Virus record (IMG/VR): IMGVR_UViG_3300027704_003324
Coordinates: 64,001 to 128,000 of that record
Source: a virus
Strand: one strand, 5' to 3'
DNA: 64,000 nt
Position 1 is the stretch's first letter. Each line of letters begins with the position of its first letter. The notes under the pieces are model-generated. The model ran no database searches. It saw only the letters and a list, made by a program, of their open reading frames with translations, and was not told the DNA's origin. The translations under genes and the position numbers were made by a program. This document shows positions 58,755 to 64,000 of the stretch, one piece after another.

Positions 58755-58780
58755 AAAAAAAGAGGCCCGAAGGCCTCTCT
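58755..58780 (-). terminator. Intrinsic terminator after the major capsid gene
   Basis: AGAGGCC-TTCG-GGCCTCT followed by a T-tract (C-UUCG-G tetraloop). Confidence 0.92.
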
Positions 58781-58803
58781 TAATAATTTAGTCAAGATAT
58801 AGA

Positions 58804-60396
58804 CTATACTAACTCTAAGTCAGAAATAAAGATCTTACCATAAAATTCTGGTCTGATCATTTTCTTAGCATAACGAGTCATTAAACCTTTTCTTGGAGTG
58901 AAGGTTTCTGGATCGTATACCATTGGAGTCATCATTAATGGTACATAAGGAGCATATACTGCACCAGCTTCTAAGAACTGTCCACCTCTGTAACCTAACA
59001 ACATAATGTTCTCAGTCATATAAGGATTCTTGTAAACTTGGAAACGGTTAGCTAAGCTACCAATTTTCTGTACACCCATTGCAAATTTCTCTTGGTTACC
59101 GTCAGTTTGTGCAGCATATCCTGGAATTGATTCTAAGATTGTTGCTACTGAAGGAGAACATACTACGAAGTTTGCACCACCTCTTAAGGTCTTTTGGTGA
59201 ATCTTGTTAGATACTTTCTGTACTTTAGTTCCTAATGTTTGGAACCATTGTCCTTGAGTATTGTAAAAATCTGAAGTTGCTGAAGACCAAGCACCGCCTT
59301 TAAAGACTTTGTTGTTCTCTGCAGACCATTTTTCAGTTGTTGTAGCGCCTTTGATCAACATATCTAAGATTTCTAAATCAATCTCCATAGAGATGTATTC
59401 AGATAACAAAGAAGTTAATTCAGCTTCTGCATCAATTGAATGGTATGCGTTAAGATCTTGAGCAAATTCTGGAGTCCATTGTGCTTTTAACTTTCTAGTC
59501 TTAGCAACAATTGCCTCAGATTGTAATTGAACATCGATTTCTGGAATAGAAATAGAAGTATCAACTGCTACACCACCGTCAGCTTCAAAATCGCCTCTTG
59601 TGTTATCTGTTGGTTGTTTGTGATAAGTTACTTGAACGTTATCTGCATCAGTAATATCTCCTGCTCCTACTGTTTGTACGAATACTAAGTTAGATCCTGA
59701 GATTTTAGTGAATTGCTTGTTGATTGCTACTGAACCAGAAGTTAATCCGAATGCACGAACTCCTTCTACGTCATAGTTAGGAATAGAAGATAAAGCGATA
59801 GATACAGTTTCGTATTCAGCTAATGTAATACCAGCATCGAATCCTACATCTTTAAGCTTTGCAGCTCCTACTGCAGCTGCTGCTACAGTTCCAGATACAC
59901 CGTTGATAGTGTAACCAAATTGACCTGCTCCGTATAATCCTCCTGAAGGATCTACATCAACACCCATTTTGTTAGCACCGTCAGTAACGTTACCGTACAT
60001 ATTTTCTCCATCAGCACGTCCGTTAGCGGCAGTACCATATTTGAAATCTAGATAAAATACTAGACCTGAAGGTAAAGACATTGGTTGTACAGATACGAAA
60101 TCCTGTGCACTAATTTGAGCAAATACTTTTCTTACCAAAGGTAATGCAACACCAGCCCATTGTTCTCCTGCGCCTGCTGTAAAGCCTGCTGAAGTACCAG
60201 ATGCACCTGTGTTATTTGCTTCTGCTACGATTTGTTTAGCTTGGTTCTCTAAAATCATAGCCATGTTTGTAGCTACTCTTTCATCAGTGATCCCTTCTAA
60301 CAAACCTGAAGCACTCCACTTCTCAGCTAATTTTGCTGAGTCTGCTTGTAAGCTTTTAAAGCTGTTTGAGCTTTCTAAAAGATTGTTAATTTCCAT
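58804..60396 (-). CDS. Major capsid protein (T4 gp23-like)
   Basis: KW...LLEG, ILENQ, VSVQPM, AKTRKLKAQWTPEFAQDLNAYH, YAPYVPL and PRKGLMTRYA. Confidence 0.97.
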   Translation of the reverse strand: MEINNLLESSNSFKSLQADSAKLAEKWSASGLLEGITDERVATNMAMILENQAKQIVAEANNTGASGTSAGFTAGAGEQWAGVALPLVRKVFAQISAQDFVSVQPMSLPSGLVFYLDFKYGTAANGRADGENMYGNVTDGANKMGVDVDPSGGLYGAGQFGYTINGVSGTVAAAAVGAAKLKDVGFDAGITLAEYETVSIALSSIPNYDVEGVRAFGLTSGSVAINKQFTKISGSNLVFVQTVGAGDITDADNVQVTYHKQPTDNTRGDFEADGGVAVDTSISIPEIDVQLQSEAIVAKTRKLKAQWTPEFAQDLNAYHSIDAEAELTSLLSEYISMEIDLEILDMLIKGATTTEKWSAENNKVFKGGAWSSATSDFYNTQGQWFQTLGTKVQKVSNKIHQKTLRGGANFVVCSPSVATILESIPGYAAQTDGNQEKFAMGVQKIGSLANRFQVYKNPYMTENIMLLGYRGGQFLEAGAVYAPYVPLMMTPMVYDPETFTPRKGLMTRYAKKMIRPEFYGKIFISDLELV

Positions 60397-60429
60397 AATT
60401 GAAATTTTAATTTAAGTTTATATTTAATG

Positions 60430-61506
60430 TTATTTAATAATACCTGCTAATTTCTGCATTCTTAATACTGCTTCTGATACTTGTCCTATTACTGGAGGAT
60501 TACTTGCTGTAGTTCCTGTAGCTCTAGAAGCCATACCTCTATGTTCTTTAAGATTGGTTTTAGCTGGTGCGACAATATTGTCTGATACTGTTTCGAAAAC
60601 TAATTTTACTTCTTTAACTGTTTCAGCTTTATCGAATGCAGCGATTATGCTTACTTTCTGGCTTTCAGTTAATGAATTAGCTTTGAAAATTTTATTAACG
60701 TATAATAGTTTAGAGTTAAGAATGTTAACTTCGTTTAGTTCATGTCTTAAAGTCTCTACTGTTACAAGAGCTTCTTTAAGGTCTGCACTATTCTGTTTAG
60801 CTTCCTTCAAAGTATCATTAACGTTTTTCTCTTTAGTATCTGATTCTGCTGATACTTCGTTTTCTGTACTTTCTTCTACTGGCTTATCGTCTTTATCTGC
60901 TTCTTCACCTTCGGTAGTTAAACCTTCTAGTTCTGCAAGTAATTCGTCTAAGTCAATTTCTTCTTCACCTTCTCCGTCTTCTGGAGCCATTTCTGGTTCA
61001 GCTCCCATTTCTGGTTCTGCTTCCATTCCTGCATCCATATCAGCTCCTAATTCATCTTCTCCTTCTAGACCTGCTTCAGCTCCCATTTCGGTTGCTATTA
61101 CATCTCTAATAAGATCTTTAAATTGATCGACTGATAATTTAGATAAGTCTTCATCTCCGTCTATTTCGTCAGCAGCTTCTTCTGCTTCATCCTCCATAGG
61201 TGCGATTTCTTCTTCTCCGTCTAATTCTTCTTCTTCTGGAGCATCCTCATCGGATACTTCAGTATCTGCATCTTCCTCTTTTACTACTTCGTCTTTAGCC
61301 TCATAGTTACCTTCTTCTACCTCATCAGATTCAGTTACTGCTTCTTCTGTGGAAGAGTCTTCCATCTCTTGAAGTTTTGCAGCTAACATATCTTTTAAAT
61401 GAGGAGTCAAAGACTCTTCTAGGGCTTCTTTCGCGTTAGCAATAGCAGCGGAACGTACAGATTTTGCTTCAGCAATTGCTTGCTTGAATAAATCTTTGTT
61501 TGCCAT
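60430..61506 (-). CDS. Prohead scaffolding protein (gp22-like)
   Basis: Highly acidic with coiled coils; ends in RMQKLAGIIK; directly upstream of the capsid gene. Confidence 0.82.
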   Translation of the reverse strand: MANKDLFKQAIAEAKSVRSAAIANAKEALEESLTPHLKDMLAAKLQEMEDSSTEEAVTESDEVEEGNYEAKDEVVKEEDADTEVSDEDAPEEEELDGEEEIAPMEDEAEEAADEIDGDEDLSKLSVDQFKDLIRDVIATEMGAEAGLEGEDELGADMDAGMEAEPEMGAEPEMAPEDGEGEEEIDLDELLAELEGLTTEGEEADKDDKPVEESTENEVSAESDTKEKNVNDTLKEAKQNSADLKEALVTVETLRHELNEVNILNSKLLYVNKIFKANSLTESQKVSIIAAFDKAETVKEVKLVFETVSDNIVAPAKTNLKEHRGMASRATGTTASNPPVIGQVSEAVLRMQKLAGIIK

Positions 61507-61527
61507 TTTAATAAATGTTTGTTGTGG

Positions 61528-61610
61528 GTTTCTACGATTATTATAAATCGTAATAGAAAATTATAAATTGTTGGAATCAGTATAGAGACTGATTATTATG
61601 TATATAAATA
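61528..61610 (-). promoter_or_regulatory. TATTTATA promoter and two-hairpin 5' leader of the scaffold-capsid operon
   Basis: TATTTATA at 61603-61610; hairpins AATCAGT-N6-ACTGATT and TACGATT-N6-AATCGTA. Confidence 0.55.
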
Positions 61611-61623
61611 TATACTTTTTACG

Positions 61624-61654
61624 AAAACAAGAAAACCACCTGTAAAAGATGGTT
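61624..61654 (-). terminator. Intrinsic terminator
   Basis: AACCATC-N7-GGTGGTT followed by TTCTTGTTTT. Confidence 0.65.
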
Positions 61655-61691
61655 AACTTTCCTGCCCGTCGGTAGCGTCCGAGGAATTACC

Positions 61692-62501
61692 TTATCCTAA
61701 TAGCCCGATGTCTGATAAGACGTCTCTTACTAGGGTATGTACTTCTTTTCCTTTAACTAGAGATTTTACTGAAGCGAATGCTGTTTGTCCCCATGCTGAT
61801 TTTCTGATTGAAGCGATTACATCGCCTCCGTATTGACCTGCTAAGAAGAATATAAATAAAGCATATAGTCCTTTAGTAACTGGGTCAATGTATTTTTTAG
61901 TTGGTCCTATCATTACTACTGATAGTACTCTTTTAATTGGTGACATAAAAGCTGCTTCGTTCTTATGCGTCCAATCATAAATTTTTGTTGCTATATCATC
62001 TGTTTTCTGCCATCCTTGTTTCTTAGCTATCTTTTTAGCCATAGAAGAAAGCATATTAGCTATTGTATTGGATAATAGTACGTAACTAAGTATTCCTAAT
62101 ACTCCAACTACTTCGTTAGCTTGATCATCTTGCTTAACCTCTTTACCTTCTAATTCTTTAGCCATTGCTGCAGCTAAAGCAGAAAAGTTTTCACCTTCAT
62201 CTAACTCATAATTATCGTAATCATCTTCTTCTCTTCTATATGCTTCATAATCTGATTCGTCAGTATCTTTTGCAGCGTCTAATAAGTTACCAAGTTCTAC
62301 ATCATCTTCCATATCCGGATTAAGTAGGGTAACAGAGTTTGGTAAGTCATCTCCTCTACCTATGTGTAGTTCATAATCTATTCCTTTTTCGTAATTCGCT
62401 TTTAAATAGTTCTCTACATTACCTATGTCTTGTAGATCATAGCCAAAAGTAAATAAACTATCATCATCGTAATTCTCTAAGATTATTTTGGATAATTTCA
62501 T
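61692..62501 (-). CDS. Putative internal head / ejection protein
   Basis: MKLSKIILE N-terminus, acidic first half and two hydrophobic segments. Confidence 0.55.
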   Translation of the reverse strand: MKLSKIILENYDDDSLFTFGYDLQDIGNVENYLKANYEKGIDYELHIGRGDDLPNSVTLLNPDMEDDVELGNLLDAAKDTDESDYEAYRREEDDYDNYELDEGENFSALAAAMAKELEGKEVKQDDQANEVVGVLGILSYVLLSNTIANMLSSMAKKIAKKQGWQKTDDIATKIYDWTHKNEAAFMSPIKRVLSVVMIGPTKKYIDPVTKGLYALFIFFLAGQYGGDVIASIRKSAWGQTAFASVKSLVKGKEVHTLVRDVLSDIGLLG

Positions 62502-63079
62502 TATGCTCTCAATATATCGTTAATTATTAAATTTAAGTTACTGTATTTAGCAGGTCTTAATTTACTTTCTGATAATGCAACTGGGTTCATAAATGCTCCA
62601 TGTGTAGAAGGATTAGATACGAAATCCCAACAAACTAATTCAAAATCGTTTTGTACTTCTAAAGTACCTTCGTTTGTCTGCTGTACTGATCCTGTTCCTC
62701 TAGAGGATATCCCTATAGTATGACCAGCCTTAATTATTTCTTTTACTATATTTCCTGATGGAGTATTAAGTAGTTCTACTCTTCCCATCAAATCATCTCC
62801 ATCCCACCATAAGTCTTTGACTATGTGAGAAGCATTCTTTAATGACACTACAGGAGATTCTGGATGATCTAATTCACCAAAAGCATTCCCGTTTTTAACA
62901 AATTCTTCTGTGTATTTCTTAGATTCTCTTTCTAAAATTGGCTTAGCATATACTCTACCATTCTGGTTCTGTGCTTTTGCTCTTTGCATAACTCCTTCTA
63001 CTTCAAAAACTCCAGGTCTCCCTTTCGCTTCTTTAAGTACGGACTTAAACGGTGTTACATCTACTAGTAATTGTGCCAT
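62501..63079 (-). CDS. Prohead core protease (T4 gp21-like)
   Basis: NQNGRVY, GELDHP, ASH, TPSG, GISSRGTGS and DFVSNPS. Confidence 0.95.
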   Translation of the reverse strand: MAQLLVDVTPFKSVLKEAKGRPGVFEVEGVMQRAKAQNQNGRVYAKPILERESKKYTEEFVKNGNAFGELDHPESPVVSLKNASHIVKDLWWDGDDLMGRVELLNTPSGNIVKEIIKAGHTIGISSRGTGSVQQTNEGTLEVQNDFELVCWDFVSNPSTHGAFMNPVALSESKLRPAKYSNLNLIINDILRA

Positions 63080-63082
63080 GTT

Positions 63083-64000
63083 TTATTTTCTTTTAGTGTA
63101 CTTAGTCTTTCTTTCATTGATGTTAGGTGAAAAAACACTTTGTTTAGGAGTTTCATACATTTCTTCTTCTCCTAATGGTTTTGTACCGTTATTATTAGCA
63201 TCAATTTCTGCTTTAGATATTGTACGTACTTTAGGTAAGTCCACATTCTTAGTAAGCCCTTGTTTTACTACTGGAGCTAGATCTTTTCTAAATGCTGCTT
63301 CTAATGATGGTGCGATAAATGCTCCAATCTTTAATCCCTCTTCGTTTCTAAATTCTGCTGTCTTAGCAAATGCTCCTTGGATCTTTCCTCTCATCTTATC
63401 ATAGAAAGATTCTATCTCTGTTACAAGATTTTCCAGTTCATTCACTACTGGTTTAATACCTTCAAAGCCTTCATAAGATTCTCCCCATTCTGCTAATTTA
63501 GCAGTAGCAGCTTCATTGATAGTAGCTTCTTTAAGCATATTAACGATCATGCCTTTAACATTCTCTTTTAATGCTTTTTTAATTGCTATGTCTTTTGCAG
63601 CCATATAATCGTCTCCGTCTATATCTCCATCGTTATCATGATCTGTGCCTTTCTCTTCTTGTAAGGAAGCTTCAAGTTTTTGATCTATATAAGCTATAAC
63701 GTCTGATTTAGCATGAGGTATCATTCCTGGCTCTGTCATTGGACCAGCTTTCCATTCTCCAAACTCAGAAACTACTAAGTCTACTGCTTTATCAAATTGA
63801 GGACCCATAGACTCTACATACCCGCCAGTTTCATAATCATTTTCTGTGACTATTTTACCGCCTTGTATTTTTTTTCTACGAGCTTCATATAATCCCTCTA
63901 CTCTTTTTTCTCTCTTAACGTATCCTTCTTCTGCTTCTCTTATTGGAAATACTCCTTCAGCAATGTTAGTTAGTGTTTTACTAATAGCTGCTCTGAATTT
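63083..64000 (-). CDS. Head-associated acidic protein (open to the right edge; longer than the 241 aa in the ORF track)
   Basis: The frame stays open from 64000 (KFRAAISKTLTNIAEG...); contains DHDNDGDIDGDDY (EF-hand-like) and several L/I-x-E sites. Confidence 0.75.
   Translation of the reverse strand, partial: KFRAAISKTLTNIAEGVFPIREAEEGYVKREKRVEGLYEARRKKIQGGKIVTENDYETGGYVESMGPQFDKAVDLVVSEFGEWKAGPMTEPGMIPHAKSDVIAYIDQKLEASLQEEKGTDHDNDGDIDGDDYMAAKDIAIKKALKENVKGMIVNMLKEATINEAATAKLAEWGESYEGFEGIKPVVNELENLVTEIESFYDKMRGKIQGAFAKTAEFRNEEGLKIGAFIAPSLEAAFRKDLAPVVKQGLTKNVDLPKVRTISKAEIDANNNGTKPLGEEEMYETPKQSVFSPNINERKTKYTKRK

Noticed and set aside
58715-58795. N-terminal extensions of PhoH (and of the chaperone at 15559-15621) in the ORF track
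   Set aside because: They run through terminator or promoter sequence; downstream ATGs with A-rich leaders are better starts.
61620-61690. tRNA or self-cleaving ribozyme in the GC-rich intergenic patch
   Set aside because: It is too short, with no cloverleaf, T-loop or hammerhead core (CUGANGA/GAAA).
1-64000. Stop-codon reassignment, as in some Bacteroidota phages
   Set aside because: Genes are full length in code 11, and TAG ends the capsid and chaperone genes at the expected positions.

Overview
An AT-rich segment of a large T4-related contractile-tailed (myovirus-like) bacteriophage genome. Every credible gene is on the minus strand in genetic code 11. Reading in transcription order (right to left), the modules are: head (prohead protease, scaffold, gp23-like major capsid, PhoH, neck proteins); an array of Ser/Thr/Gly-rich fibre proteins; a ~21 kb, 21-gene glycan/small-molecule modification island; tail sheath, tube, chaperone, tape measure and baseplate genes; and a replication block (divergent PolA-like protein, SSB, RecA/UvsX, 5'-3' exonuclease, DnaB-like helicase). 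The island encodes GT7, GT10-like, GT11/23-like and GT-A glycosyltransferases, two twitch radical-SAM enzymes, a minimal DegT aminotransferase, an amidinotransferase, a 2OG-Fe(II) oxygenase, an NDP-sugar epimerase, UDP-glucose dehydrogenase, two SGNH proteins and a methyltransferase. Eight TTG-N19/20-TATATT promoters and the absence of Shine-Dalgarno sites suggest a Bacteroidota host. A second motif, TATTTAT (reverse complement of the T4 late promoter), precedes structural genes. The best candidate for a new system is a virion-modification pathway: the island sits inside the morphogenesis region, and virion proteins, unlike the enzymes, are rich in [S/T]-G-S motifs that could be acceptor sites. 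Also notable are a probable +1 (or -2) frameshift in the tail chaperone and several structured non-coding elements. All calls come from motif recognition by eye; no database searches were run.
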